A DNA stretch of 60,217 bases, from IMG/VR virus record IMGVR_UViG_3300043427_000906, positions 1 through 60,217 of that record; one strand, 5' to 3'. The notes beneath the pieces were generated by a model. It saw nothing but the letters and a program-made list of their open reading frames with translations, did not search any database and was not told the origin of the DNA. Made by a program: the position numbers and the translations under genes. Shown piece after piece: positions 18,389 through 29,059 of this stretch; positions within the stretch are counted from its first letter, which is position 1, and every line of letters begins with the position of its first letter. This DNA comes from a virus. Taxonomy: Duplodnaviria; Caudoviricetes.

Positions 18389-21300
18389 TGAGATTTCTAA
18401 CAAACATATTAGCAAAGGCTGGTTTAATAGTAGACGGTACTACGCAGTTAAATACAATTGCTAACGCTACTGTTGACACAGATAAGTTTCTTGTAAGTGA
18501 TGCGGGTGTCATTAAATATAGAACAGCTCCCCAGTTGGTTGCTGATCTTGGCCCGCTACCATCATCTATATTAAGACATCAGGTAAAACTTGGTGAGGCA
18601 ATTAATAAAGGACAGGCAGTATACGTATCTAGTGCAGACGGTACTAATATGATTGTGTCTAAGGCGTCAAATGTTACAGACTTAACATCATCAAAGACGC
18701 TTGGGCTTATAGAGACAAGTGGTGTAACTAATGATCAGGTTAATGTAGTCACAGAAGGATTACTTGCTGGTCTTGATACATCTACCGCAACTGCTGGAGA
18801 TCCAGTATGGTTGGGAACAAATGGCAACCTAATATTTGGATTAGTTAATAAACCATCTGCGCCAGCTCACCTAGTATTTATAGGAGTTGTAACAAGAGTT
18901 CAATCTGTCAATGGTGAGATTTTTGTTAAAGTGCAGAACGGGTTTGAGGTGGAAGAGCTTCACGATGTTGCTATATCTTCTATAGCAAATAAAAACTTGT
19001 TGATGTATGAAGCAGCGACAAGTCTATGGAAGAATAAAACACTTGGTAATGTTATTGGCGGTACATCTACACAGTATGTAAAAGGAGACGGTACTCTTGG
19101 TTCGTTCCCTGACATTGGTGGAGGTGGTGGATTGGTATACTACCTAAATGGAAGTGTCTCTTCTGGTGTTGCTGGATATTTTCAAATGAGTAAAACTCCG
19201 GTTATTGGTTCCGGAACTGATTTTAGTAAAACAGGAGATGGATTAATATGCCAGTTTTTAACTGATGTGAATGATCCTTCATTACTTAGTGTGCCATCTG
19301 GTGCTTGGAGATTCGGTTTATATGCTTCAATGGGCACAGCAGGCAACTCATCAAAGTTTTATGTTGAGGTGTTTAAGTATGATGGTGCTACATTTACATT
19401 AATAGGTAGTTCTTCTGGTACTCCGGAATCGGTTGATCATGGTACTGCGACAGAGTACTATACTACTACGGTAGCGATGGCTACTACTGCTTTAACTGTT
19501 ACAGATAGAATAGCGGTAAAAATATACGCCACAGATAATGCCACCAGAACAATGACTATTCATACTGAGAATAGTAACCTGTGTGATATTGCAACTACAT
19601 TCCCTTCTGGTATAGCCTCTATCAATGGATTAATTACTCCTTCACAATATCTATCTACAACAACTACTGGAACTGATTTTACAATCTCTTCCTCTAGTAA
19701 TACACATTATTTTAATCTTCCTGTTGCTAGTGCTACTGTAACTGGTAAGCTTAGCTCCACTGACTGGTCTACCTTTAACAATAAGCAAAATGCTTTAGGA
19801 TATACTCCTGTTAATCAGACTAGGACATTAACGATTAATGGAGTCACATATGATCTATCTTCTGATAGAACTTGGAGCGTAGGTACGGTTACTTCAGTTG
19901 GGCTATCTGTTCCAACTGGATTTTCAGTATCTAATACTCCAGTGACAGGAAGTGGAACAATAGGACTTTCTTTTACTGCTGGTTATTCTTTACCAACCAC
20001 TGCATCTCAATCGAATTGGGACGTAGCATATACAAATAGAATTACATCCCTGACTACTACTGGTACAAGCGGCGCTGCTACATTAGTTAGTAACGTACTT
20101 AATATACCTCAGTATCAAGCTCAGGGTAGTTATATAACTTCATTAACAGGTGAAGCTACGGCGTCAGGTCCGGGGTCTGCATCTGTAACACTATCTACAT
20201 CCGCAGTCACAGGTAAGGTGCTTACCGGTTTAAACGTAACCGGTGGCACTGTACTTGCTACGGATTCTATCCTAACTGCGTTTGGTAAGTTACAGAATCA
20301 GGTGAACGGTTTGGCAGGTGGTGTAACTTATCAGGGTGCTTGGAACGCCTCTACTAACTCCCCATCTCTTACGAGCTCTGTTGGGACTAAGGGATATTAT
20401 TATGTGGTATCTGTTGCTGGTTCTACAAACCTAAACGGTATCACAGACTGGAAGCTTGGAGATTGGGCGATCTTTAATGGTACTGCATGGGAAAAGGTTG
20501 ACAACACAGACGCGGTAGTTTCTGTAAACGGGTTTACTGGCGCTGTTAGTTTAACAACTACAAATATTGCTGAAGGTACTAACCTATATTATACAGACAC
20601 TAGAGCAAGAGCTGCAATCAGCTTAACTACAACAGGTACATCTGGCGCTGCTACCTATTCTGCAGGAGTATTAAATATTCCTCAGTATAGTTTAGCTGGG
20701 CTCGGGGGAGTTCCAAGTAATAGAACACTAACAATAAACGGAACATCCTATGATCTTTCTGCTGATAGAACATGGACGATAACAAACATATCAGGTACAG
20801 CAGCAGGGGAGACATTAGCTACAGTTACCGGAAGAGGCGCAAGCACTTCAACAGACTTGACTTTCAATGGTACTCTAACAATGGGTACAGGAGGAACTCA
20901 GTATATTAGAATGGGTAGGTTCCCTGCGAGTGTTACCAACACAGGAGAGGCGTGGATAGGAAGAGCTTCTGATAGGAACTCTGGTACTATGACTGTACAG
21001 CTTGGAGGTAATAGTGCATCAGGTAGAAATTTTGAGGTTGTTGATTATGCTTGGTCTACTGTTCTTTTTAATGTAAACAGTGGAGGAGTTGCAACGGCTT
21101 CTGATTCATTCCGCGCTCCATATTTCTACGATTCATCTAATACATCGTATTATGGTAGATTCTCAGGTACATCAAGAATGTATGGCGCTCAGTTTGATTA
21201 TGTAGGTATTGGTCAGGGCATTAGTACGAGTTATAGTTTAATAACTAATGGATCGATTTATCTTAACAGTAACTCTAACGGCTGGGCGGAAGGTACTTGG

Positions 21301-23883
21301 AAACAGCGTAGAGGTGGTGCAACATTCTATGATGTTATTGATACGGGTAATTATAATTCATATTCTCCAACCTTAACAGGTGGCGGAGCAAGTGGAACTT
21401 GGGGGATAAGTATTACAGGAAATGCTGACACAACAGATGGTTATCACGTAGGTAATAGTACTAACCAAATCGCTTATTGGAATAGCAATAGAAATCTTTA
21501 TGTTAATAATCCTGAAAATTATTCTGGTGAAGTAAGACTTGGTGCGGCATGGGATAGAGGGGGTGTGTATGCATCAAGTACTCTTTCTTTATCTACTTCA
21601 GCTAGTGATATACACTTTGTGTTTAATAATGCTACAAAAGCATACTTTAATAGCTTAGGTAATTTATACGTAGGTCAAGGAACAGCATATTCTTCTATTT
21701 TTATGGGGGATAATGATGAAGGACAGCGTGAGATTCACTGTAACTCTAATCGTATTGGATTCTTAAACCAATCTGCAAGTTGGGGATCTTGGTGTGAAGA
21801 TAATGGATCTTGGTATTCGGCTGTTGCTATGTATTCTCCTAGATTTTATGATTCAGATAATACATCATATTATTTAGATCCTGCAAGTACATCCATTCTT
21901 AATGGTTTGCAAGTGGGAGGATCAGCAGTTGTAACCAACAATGGAGGAACATGGAATATAAACGTTACAGGATCAGCGGGTAGTGCATCTACAGCATCTC
22001 AAGTAACTATTAACTATAATAATGACTCTAACTCAACATATCAAATGTTGTGGGGATCAGGTAATAGTGTATACGGAACAGCAGGTGTATATGTAAATCC
22101 AAATTCTGATACAGTATATGCAACTGCATTTGTATCCAATGGATATATACGTATTGCTGCTAATAATAACCTATACTTAGATTATAACTATGGTCAATCT
22201 ATTGTAGGTGTATATGCATCTACAAGATATCAGGGCGTCTTTGCAATGGGGGATTCTTATAAACTACCTATTGATGGCACAGGTCCCGGTAATTTATATG
22301 GGCTTGCGTGGTCTCACCCTAACGCAGGTGGTGTAGCAGGAAACTTAAATGATCATGGTTTACTTGTTCTGATAAATGGAGGATTTGCTGCTGCTATATC
22401 AAGTAGTATTAGAGCTGCAAGTGATATGAGAGCACCTGTCTTCTACGACTCTGCTAATACAGCCTTTTATTTAGATCCTAATGCCACAGGTACATCATTG
22501 AATGTAGCAGGTAGGATGGTTGGTACTGCGTGGACAACAACTGCTAGAAACTACTCTAATGAATGGATAGAGTTCCCTAACCATAGTGGTTTATATTCTC
22601 CCCTTAATGGCGCACACTTCTATCCTAATAATGCTACTTATGGTGGATGGAGAATGTCAGGAACAAGAAACGGATGGAACGGTATGACGATTGATGCTAA
22701 CAATGGTCACATTGCTTTAATGGTAAATCCTAGCTCTAATGAAACAGGTTTCCATAATCAGAATTATGGATGGCAAATTTATTGGACAAGTGGAACTTTA
22801 TATTGTTACAAGAGCACATATGGTGGAGGAACGCAAGCTACTGTATTAGATAGCAGTAACTCTCCATATGCTTGGAATATGAATCAGTATGTGAGAACAA
22901 CTGATAGTGTAACATTTGCTACTTTATCAGTGAGTGGGGCAACCTATCTACCAAACAATGCTTTAATATCGGTAAACGGTGAATCAGATGTTTGGGGTGC
23001 AAGGTTTAGAACTACCACAAGTACAACTAACCTTGGTGCTCAATTAAAAAATATTATTTGGTGTGGAGGTGGAGCATCAGAAGGTCTCGCTGTTAAAGGA
23101 GTTTACGCTGGTGCTCCCACTGCATTTGAAGTGAGAAATGATGGTATTGTTTGGGCATCTAGTTCATTCCGTGCTCCTATATTCTACGACTCTAATGATA
23201 CTACCTATTATGCAGACTTTGCTAATACAGGTACTTCAATTTTTACCGCAGGTATTATTAGATCCTCAGGTATGATTATGAAGGGCAGCTCAGGAGGTGG
23301 TCAGATTTATCCTACTATGTCTAATGGCGGGGTTAGTTTGTATGGTGGTAATAACCTTACCAATGGCGCATACTTTACCGTAACAGGTCTTGACTACGCT
23401 TCATCACCCGGAGCTGGTAGTGCAGAGTTTGTAATTAGAAGTGCAGCATCTTCTAAGTTTGCATTGTTTAGTTATAACGGGTCTACTTGGACAGGAAGAT
23501 ATGGTTTATTCGGGTCAACTGGTAACGTGACTATAGGAGATGCTAATACTGATATTGGATATCGTCTATATGTTATCGGAGATATCTATGCTACTGCTAG
23601 TATCATTGCTTATTCTGATGAAAGAGTTAAGACTAATGTTAGGAAAATTGAAAACCCATTAGATCGTATCCTTAATACTCGTGGTGTTATTTACGACAGA
23701 ACGGATGTAGATCAAAAGGATCAAATCGGTTTTATTGCTCAAGAATTAGAAGAGCAGTTCCCTGAGTTAGTATCTACTAGTACAGATGGACGTAAAGGTG
23801 TGATGTATCAAAATATGGTGGCAGTTCTTTTAGAAGCTATCAAAGAGCAGCAGAAACAAATTGATGAACTTAAAAATAAATAA
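18388..23883 (+). CDS. Long tail fibre with C-terminal S74 intramolecular chaperone
   Basis: 1831 aa, G/S/T-rich, internal repeats; YSDERVKTNV...IGFIAQELEEQFPELV...LLEAIKEQQKQIDELK. Confidence 0.9.
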   Translation: MRFLTNILAKAGLIVDGTTQLNTIANATVDTDKFLVSDAGVIKYRTAPQLVADLGPLPSSILRHQVKLGEAINKGQAVYVSSADGTNMIVSKASNVTDLTSSKTLGLIETSGVTNDQVNVVTEGLLAGLDTSTATAGDPVWLGTNGNLIFGLVNKPSAPAHLVFIGVVTRVQSVNGEIFVKVQNGFEVEELHDVAISSIANKNLLMYEAATSLWKNKTLGNVIGGTSTQYVKGDGTLGSFPDIGGGGGLVYYLNGSVSSGVAGYFQMSKTPVIGSGTDFSKTGDGLICQFLTDVNDPSLLSVPSGAWRFGLYASMGTAGNSSKFYVEVFKYDGATFTLIGSSSGTPESVDHGTATEYYTTTVAMATTALTVTDRIAVKIYATDNATRTMTIHTENSNLCDIATTFPSGIASINGLITPSQYLSTTTTGTDFTISSSSNTHYFNLPVASATVTGKLSSTDWSTFNNKQNALGYTPVNQTRTLTINGVTYDLSSDRTWSVGTVTSVGLSVPTGFSVSNTPVTGSGTIGLSFTAGYSLPTTASQSNWDVAYTNRITSLTTTGTSGAATLVSNVLNIPQYQAQGSYITSLTGEATASGPGSASVTLSTSAVTGKVLTGLNVTGGTVLATDSILTAFGKLQNQVNGLAGGVTYQGAWNASTNSPSLTSSVGTKGYYYVVSVAGSTNLNGITDWKLGDWAIFNGTAWEKVDNTDAVVSVNGFTGAVSLTTTNIAEGTNLYYTDTRARAAISLTTTGTSGAATYSAGVLNIPQYSLAGLGGVPSNRTLTINGTSYDLSADRTWTITNISGTAAGETLATVTGRGASTSTDLTFNGTLTMGTGGTQYIRMGRFPASVTNTGEAWIGRASDRNSGTMTVQLGGNSASGRNFEVVDYAWSTVLFNVNSGGVATASDSFRAPYFYDSSNTSYYGRFSGTSRMYGAQFDYVGIGQGISTSYSLITNGSIYLNSNSNGWAEGTWKQRRGGATFYDVIDTGNYNSYSPTLTGGGASGTWGISITGNADTTDGYHVGNSTNQIAYWNSNRNLYVNNPENYSGEVRLGAAWDRGGVYASSTLSLSTSASDIHFVFNNATKAYFNSLGNLYVGQGTAYSSIFMGDNDEGQREIHCNSNRIGFLNQSASWGSWCEDNGSWYSAVAMYSPRFYDSDNTSYYLDPASTSILNGLQVGGSAVVTNNGGTWNINVTGSAGSASTASQVTINYNNDSNSTYQMLWGSGNSVYGTAGVYVNPNSDTVYATAFVSNGYIRIAANNNLYLDYNYGQSIVGVYASTRYQGVFAMGDSYKLPIDGTGPGNLYGLAWSHPNAGGVAGNLNDHGLLVLINGGFAAAISSSIRAASDMRAPVFYDSANTAFYLDPNATGTSLNVAGRMVGTAWTTTARNYSNEWIEFPNHSGLYSPLNGAHFYPNNATYGGWRMSGTRNGWNGMTIDANNGHIALMVNPSSNETGFHNQNYGWQIYWTSGTLYCYKSTYGGGTQATVLDSSNSPYAWNMNQYVRTTDSVTFATLSVSGATYLPNNALISVNGESDVWGARFRTTTSTTNLGAQLKNIIWCGGGASEGLAVKGVYAGAPTAFEVRNDGIVWASSSFRAPIFYDSNDTTYYADFANTGTSIFTAGIIRSSGMIMKGSSGGGQIYPTMSNGGVSLYGGNNLTNGAYFTVTGLDYASSPGAGSAEFVIRSAASSKFALFSYNGSTWTGRYGLFGSTGNVTIGDANTDIGYRLYVIGDIYATASIIAYSDERVKTNVRKIENPLDRILNTRGVIYDRTDVDQKDQIGFIAQELEEQFPELVSTSTDGRKGVMYQNMVAVLLEAIKEQQKQIDELKNK

Positions 23884-23885
23884 TT

Positions 23886-24512
23886 ATGTCGGTTACATTA
23901 AACCTTGATAACGTAAATATAGTTGGATCATCTTCTACAGATTCAGCATATCTTGGTCCATATAATGTTAGTGGTAACTATGGTGGTGCAGGATTGAGTG
24001 GAAATTGGAATCTTGCAGGAGGTGGCGCAAACGGTGGTGATGGATTTAACTTTTTTAACTATTATGGCAGTTATATTCAGGTAAACCCTCAAAATGGTGA
24101 AAACTTCTTATACGATCCTAATAATTGGTTTGGGTTAGGCAATGGGGCTTTAGCTATTGGTGGAGTTCTTTATCAAAACTATTACTCTGATTCTAAGTAT
24201 AAAGATAATGTAACTGCTATTCCAAGCGCACTTGATAAAGTAAACGCTATGAGAGGAGTAGAGTTTGAGTGGAATGAATTAGCTAATGAGGAGCAAGGAA
24301 GAACAGGTCACGATGTGGGGGTGATTGCTCAAGAGGTACAGGCTGTATACCCTATAGCGGTGAGAGAGGTAGATAAAGAAAGAGAAGACCACGTAGTTAC
24401 TGCTTTAGTGGTTGACTATGAAAAACTTATCCCACTACTTCTTCAGTCTATTAAGGAACTTAGCGCAGAAGTAACTAATCTAAAACAACAAATCAATGGA
24501 GCCAACATTTAA
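23886..24512 (+). CDS. Short fibre protein with second S74 chaperone domain
   Basis: YSDSKYKDNV...GVEFEWN...GVIAQEV...VDYEKLIPLLLQSIKEL. Confidence 0.85.
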   Translation: MSVTLNLDNVNIVGSSSTDSAYLGPYNVSGNYGGAGLSGNWNLAGGGANGGDGFNFFNYYGSYIQVNPQNGENFLYDPNNWFGLGNGALAIGGVLYQNYYSDSKYKDNVTAIPSALDKVNAMRGVEFEWNELANEEQGRTGHDVGVIAQEVQAVYPIAVREVDKEREDHVVTALVVDYEKLIPLLLQSIKELSAEVTNLKQQINGANI

Positions 24513-24789
24513 GTGGGAAATAAAATCAGTATTCTGTAGACCTACTTTTACTGATAAGTATGGCAATCTTAGAACTGATGTAATAAAGACAGTCGTATTG
24601 GTTTATATAGGTATACAAGGTAAAAAGAAAGAAGAGTATCCCTTAAATGCCAGTCTTAGTCTTATTGATTTATCTAACTTTGTTGATAAGAATGACTTAT
24701 CTAATGAGCAGATTCTTGAGATGGCTCTATCTTCTCAAAGCCCTAAACAAATAGAGTATATAGAAACATTAATAAAAAGTAAATTTTAA
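24496..24789 (+). CDS. Hypothetical fibre-associated protein
   Basis: ORF track; resembles the next ORF (DVIKTV, F.....L..EQI). Confidence 0.55.
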   Translation: MEPTFKWEIKSVFCRPTFTDKYGNLRTDVIKTVVLVYIGIQGKKKEEYPLNASLSLIDLSNFVDKNDLSNEQILEMALSSQSPKQIEYIETLIKSKF

Positions 24790-24794
24790 AAACA

Positions 24795-25148
24795 ATGGTA
24801 CTTACAACAAAAGTAAACAGTATGCTGACTGCTAAGTCTGAAGATGGAATGACAGACGTAGTAAAAAGCGCAAGCTGGACAAGAACAGCTACAGAAGTAG
24901 TGGGTGAAGGTGAAGATGCAAAGACTTACATTGCTAGCTTCCCCGGCGTAACTCCTTTTAACACCCCCGATCCTGCATCTTTTACTCCTTACGAGGATAT
25001 CACAGAAGAGCAAGTAATTGGCTGGGTTGATGCAAAAGTAGATATGCCTGCTATTGATGCATCCTTAATATTAAACGTAGAAAATCAAATTGCCCCACCC
25101 ATCGTAGAGCTGCCTTTACCTTGGGCGCCTCCAACTGAAAACAATTAA
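24795..25148 (+). CDS. Fibre-associated (assembly-type) protein
   Basis: DVVKSASW...FTPYEDITEEQVIGWV...LPLPW. Confidence 0.65.
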   Translation: MVLTTKVNSMLTAKSEDGMTDVVKSASWTRTATEVVGEGEDAKTYIASFPGVTPFNTPDPASFTPYEDITEEQVIGWVDAKVDMPAIDASLILNVENQIAPPIVELPLPWAPPTENN

Positions 25149-25150
25149 TT

Positions 25151-25429
25151 ATGAAGACAATTCAACCTGTAGGTATTTGGGTTAATGGGCAGATAAAACA
25201 GGCTGGCATTCTAGACGCCTCTGCTGTAAAGGTAGAATTAGGGAGCTGGGCAAAGTTCCAATACTCTCTTATAGTGGAAGGAGAGGGTGCTGTGGTTACT
25301 GGTAATTTAATCATGAAAGATGCTGATTATCAGAACTGGGATCAGGACTCATTTGCTTGGGACTGGATCGCAGAGCAGCTTAATATAGTTATTACTGGAG
25401 ATTGGGCGCCTCCTGTAACCGGTCAATAA
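25151..25429 (+). CDS. Hypothetical fibre-associated protein
   Basis: MKTIQPV.IW.NG...AWDWIAEQLN. Confidence 0.6.
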   Translation: MKTIQPVGIWVNGQIKQAGILDASAVKVELGSWAKFQYSLIVEGEGAVVTGNLIMKDADYQNWDQDSFAWDWIAEQLNIVITGDWAPPVTGQ

Positions 25430-25491
25430 ATAGTGTAATAATTTATTTATTTGTATAATGATTTATATATCTTTGTGCAAAATCAATATTT

Positions 25492-25767
25492 ATGCTAGAT
25501 TTTAACCAAGCAATGAAGGGGCTAGACGGGTCAGAAGTTAAGGATATGGACGGTACGTCCATTACCCTTGGTAAGCTTTTGTCTACTCAGTTAGCTTCAG
25601 CAAACAAAGGAGATGCACTGAAAATGTTTACATGGGCCCAGAAGATCTACAACGGCGAGACGTTGGATCTTGACCCCAGTGATGAGACAACACTTAAGGA
25701 TTTTATTAAATCTAATGAGCAGTTGACTGTACTGGCTAAGGCTCAGCTTTTAAGTGTATTCAAGTAA
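25492..25767 (+). CDS. Hypothetical protein
   Basis: ORF track; preceded by TATCTTTG (25468-25475), a -7-like element. Confidence 0.65.
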   Translation: MLDFNQAMKGLDGSEVKDMDGTSITLGKLLSTQLASANKGDALKMFTWAQKIYNGETLDLDPSDETTLKDFIKSNEQLTVLAKAQLLSVFK

Positions 25768-25773
25768 TTAATC

Positions 25774-26037
25774 ATGGCGAACAGTTTAGACAGGGTAAAG
25801 AGTTGGATCAGCCCAATGATCATCTCCGGATTTAGCGTGGTTTTATGGAGCCTACTACAGGAGATAAGAACGGATGTGAAATCTCTACTACAGGCGGAAG
25901 CTGCTACAAACATTAAGATCGAGAATCTTGATAGAAGAGTAACCAGTCTTGAAGCCTTTATCGCCCAGAATAGACTGTTCGCTATTAAACCTGAAGAAAT
26001 TGAAATACCTAGGCGTACTACTGCAAAACGTAACTAA
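25774..26037 (+). CDS. Single-TM coiled-coil lysis-module protein (holin/antiholin-like)
   Basis: N-terminal hydrophobic helix then coiled coil; adjacent to spanin. Confidence 0.5.
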   Translation: MANSLDRVKSWISPMIISGFSVVLWSLLQEIRTDVKSLLQAEAATNIKIENLDRRVTSLEAFIAQNRLFAIKPEEIEIPRRTTAKRN

Positions 26038-26197
26038 GGGATGGAAGACATCTCTTATAGGGTCTGTGATTATTATCGCGGCATTACTAAGCGTTTTCAT
26101 TAAGGACGCAACTTGGGTAGACGCTGCAGTGGCTATCTCGATTGGCATTGGGCTACTGTTTGCCCCTGACGATGCCATCAAGAAAGCTAACCAATGA
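25949..26197 (+). CDS. Two-TM holin-like protein (true start probably downstream of 25949)
   Basis: WKTSLIG plus two hydrophobic helices ending IGLLFAPD. Confidence 0.6.
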   Translation: MKPLSPRIDCSLLNLKKLKYLGVLLQNVTKGWKTSLIGSVIIIAALLSVFIKDATWVDAAVAISIGIGLLFAPDDAIKKANQ

Positions 26198-26730
26198 AGT
26201 ACCTGATAATCATACTGTTACTGGTTTCTTGTAGTCCCGTCAAGCAGGTGTTAAAAGATCCAGCTAAACTAGATGAGGTAGCTCAGGAGGTTATTAGAAG
26301 AGGGTATTGTGTTAACGATACCACAATTATTACTGAAACAAAGGATAGCGTAATTTATCGCGACTCCATTATTGAGAAGGTAGAAAGAATACCTTGTAAA
26401 GATTTCGATACCACTATTGGACGAGCTAGAATATCTGTCAGCTCGGGGGTGCTAAAATACAGTGCTAAAGATTCTGTAGTCTACAGAACTAAAACAGTTA
26501 CAAATACGGTTAGGGATAGGGAGTACGAAAGAATACTCCTACATGATATACGCATTCTTAAGGATACCTTATACATGGAGCGTGCAGATGCCGCCATTAT
26601 CAAATCCGAGTTTAAGGCGTACAAGCTGGACTCAAGAATTGACAGGGCGAAATTGTGGCTATTGATCGTAGCTATTGGGATATTTGCATTAAGAAAACAA
26701 ATCTCTTCTGTATGGCGCTTTTTCATGTAA
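26194..26730 (+). CDS. Lipoprotein with C-terminal TM, putative unimolecular spanin
   Basis: MKYLIIILLLVSC lipobox and C-terminal LWLLIVAIGIFAL helix. Confidence 0.65.
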   Translation: MKYLIIILLLVSCSPVKQVLKDPAKLDEVAQEVIRRGYCVNDTTIITETKDSVIYRDSIIEKVERIPCKDFDTTIGRARISVSSGVLKYSAKDSVVYRTKTVTNTVRDREYERILLHDIRILKDTLYMERADAAIIKSEFKAYKLDSRIDRAKLWLLIVAIGIFALRKQISSVWRFFM

Positions 26731-26990
26731 TGGCTGCGAAGGATGGTAAGCACGCTTGGAAGGCTACCGGTACCAACCCAAAGACGGACCGGGAGATTAC
26801 CTTGAAGGGTGGTGAGGCTAAGCACCGTGGAAAGTGGGGTACGAAGGGTGGCAAGAGTGAAGGTCAGGTTAAAAGTTTCTTTGCTCGCCACGCCAAGAAT
26901 GATAGCCCAGTTGCATTTATTAATGCGCTGAATTGGAAGAAAGGTTCACAAATTGGAAAGACAGTTAATATCCCTAATAGTAAGTTCTGA
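26730..26990 (+). CDS. Small basic protein (probable start MAAKDGK)
   Basis: Lys-rich; KSFFARH motif. Confidence 0.55.
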   Translation: MAAKDGKHAWKATGTNPKTDREITLKGGEAKHRGKWGTKGGKSEGQVKSFFARHAKNDSPVAFINALNWKKGSQIGKTVNIPNSKF

Positions 26991-27682
26991 TGAATATCAA
27001 TGATGTCCATAAAACAATTCTGTACTTCGTTAACAAGGAGCAGAATGCATTTATCACCCCAGCGGAGATAGATCTTGTATTGGACAAAGCTCAACTGGTG
27101 CTGTTCAACCAGTACCACACAAACCCTAAATTGCCTTCGAATGTACAGGCAAAGAACTATGGGGATTCTCAACGTATTGACGATGCGCTTAGTGCGTTTA
27201 AGTCTAAGTATACATTCACAAGCTTAACATCTCCTGCTGGATTAATTACACTACCGGGTGACTATATGCATTTAATATCACTGTTTACTACAGTATATAA
27301 TGCGCAGCTCGGGAGAAACGTATACTCATCCGTTCAGGTAATGAATGAGGATGAGTTAATTGAGCGACTAGAGTCTCAAGTTATCCCTGTTAATGCGGAT
27401 GAGCCTGTAGCTATTATGAATAGCTTTAATAGAATTCAGCTATTCCCAGAGGCGACTGCCACTGGTGGTGTTTATTACTTTAGAAGACCGGCTGTTCCTG
27501 TTTTCGGATACACACAGTCTGGTCGTACTATAACATACAATCCTCTTACTTCTACTCAGCTTGAGTGGAGAGATGCTGACATTATGAATATCATTGTTAT
27601 TGCTCTCTCTTACTATGGATTGAATATGTCTAGTGAGATGATTGCTCAGTTTGCTAACGTCAAAGAAGTACAAGGTCAATGA
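26990..27682 (+). CDS. Tail ring/adaptor protein
   Basis: VNKEQNAFITPAEI..AQL..FNQY; LP.DY; YFRRPAVP. Confidence 0.7.
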   Translation: MNINDVHKTILYFVNKEQNAFITPAEIDLVLDKAQLVLFNQYHTNPKLPSNVQAKNYGDSQRIDDALSAFKSKYTFTSLTSPAGLITLPGDYMHLISLFTTVYNAQLGRNVYSSVQVMNEDELIERLESQVIPVNADEPVAIMNSFNRIQLFPEATATGGVYYFRRPAVPVFGYTQSGRTITYNPLTSTQLEWRDADIMNIIVIALSYYGLNMSSEMIAQFANVKEVQGQ

Positions 27683-28299
27683 CAACTAAATATAAAATAG
27701 CGGAACAGGTGCAGCGTTTGCTTAACGGCAACCCTGTAATTAGTGGTCGTTTTAACCTGAACGAGATTAAGGTTCTTGTGGCGCAGGTAGCCAATCAGTT
27801 ATTAAAGGCTGATCACTTCTCTGTTAACATGCCTGAGGGTGATACTATACCTACTAACTGTATGGTATATACTTATGACAACGTACCTGTTACTACATAT
27901 AAGACAACATTAAGTAAGGCGACATTACCATCTATCCCTATTGGTCTTCCAAGGAATATGGGTGTGCTGCACGTATCTAAGATTGATGCTATCGAGGAGC
28001 CATTTATCCCCATCCCTACCAGCATGTATGGTATTATCAAGCCACAGGATTTGCTTGGCGAATTATCTGGGTTGATTGGGTATGAGGTTGTTGGTAAGGA
28101 TATTATCTTTACTAAGAACCTACCGGGTATGAGTGTGAGTTCAGTGTATATTAGACTGGTTGGTGTGGATTTAAGTACTGTCTCTGATTATGAGACGCTT
28201 CCATTAACAGCTGATCTAGAGGCACAGGTTGTTACACAGGTTTATAATATACTTGTTCAGACTCCATCTGGAGAGAATAAATTAGATGAAAGGCAATGA
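27679..28299 (+). CDS. Tail ring protein
   Basis: Synteny within the three-gene ring cluster. Confidence 0.6.
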   Translation: MTTKYKIAEQVQRLLNGNPVISGRFNLNEIKVLVAQVANQLLKADHFSVNMPEGDTIPTNCMVYTYDNVPVTTYKTTLSKATLPSIPIGLPRNMGVLHVSKIDAIEEPFIPIPTSMYGIIKPQDLLGELSGLIGYEVVGKDIIFTKNLPGMSVSSVYIRLVGVDLSTVSDYETLPLTADLEAQVVTQVYNILVQTPSGENKLDERQ

Positions 28300-29057
28300 A
28301 AGTAAGTACACTAGATAAAATCGTAAGGGGCGCTCTCGCTGACAGGAATTATCCAATGCATTGGTATTTACAATTTATGACCTATGCGGTTTCTTGTCTG
28401 CGTGAGTTAAACTTTGATGTGCTCCAGAATATTAAGAGTGTTCGCTTGCCAGTAAATTCATATAAAGCTGCTACTCTTCCAGTAGACTTCGTGGATTATA
28501 TAAGGGTCGGTAATGAACTAGGCCAGTATATATCTCCTTGGGGTGAGAAGAGAGATTCCTTTAATCGTTTAAACAAATTTGATTCACAAGGAAACAAAAT
28601 TCCCTATGGAGACTTCGAAGCAGCCAATGGAATACTTCCTAATAACTGGGAAGGGTTCTGGTATACGAATTATATTAATGACAAAGGTGAGCATCTGGGA
28701 CGTATATTCAATAACATCCCGGGCTTTAGAGAATCCTTTGTTATCCTCAGAGAGCGTAGTGAGATCCAACTAGACGTAAGCTACATTGGGCAGTTTATCG
28801 TTATGGATTACATATCTGATGGCATGTTACTTAGCGCTTCAAATTCGGTTCATCCTTATGCGATCGAGACGATCAAGGCATATATATTTTGGAAGATGAA
28901 AGAGCATAGTAGACAATTCAACATGGGTGAGCGACAGCTTGCTAAGGATGAGTTCTACAATCAGCTCCGCATCCTCAGAGCTAGAATGAATACTATTGAT
29001 ACACTGGATATCCGTCGTAGTCTACAAGCTTCGTACGGTCCTGTGATAAAGAACTAA
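28296..29057 (+). CDS. Tail tubular/ring protein
   Basis: LRELNFD...LPVDFVDYIRV...YISDG...AIETIKAYI. Confidence 0.7.
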   Translation: MKVSTLDKIVRGALADRNYPMHWYLQFMTYAVSCLRELNFDVLQNIKSVRLPVNSYKAATLPVDFVDYIRVGNELGQYISPWGEKRDSFNRLNKFDSQGNKIPYGDFEAANGILPNNWEGFWYTNYINDKGEHLGRIFNNIPGFRESFVILRERSEIQLDVSYIGQFIVMDYISDGMLLSASNSVHPYAIETIKAYIFWKMKEHSRQFNMGERQLAKDEFYNQLRILRARMNTIDTLDIRRSLQASYGPVIKN

Positions 29058-29059
29058 TA

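Noticed and set aside
18388-24512. Diversity-generating retroelement acting on the tail fibre
   Set aside because: No reverse transcriptase ORF and no adenine-specific TR/VR pair seen; fibre repeats differ at all base types.
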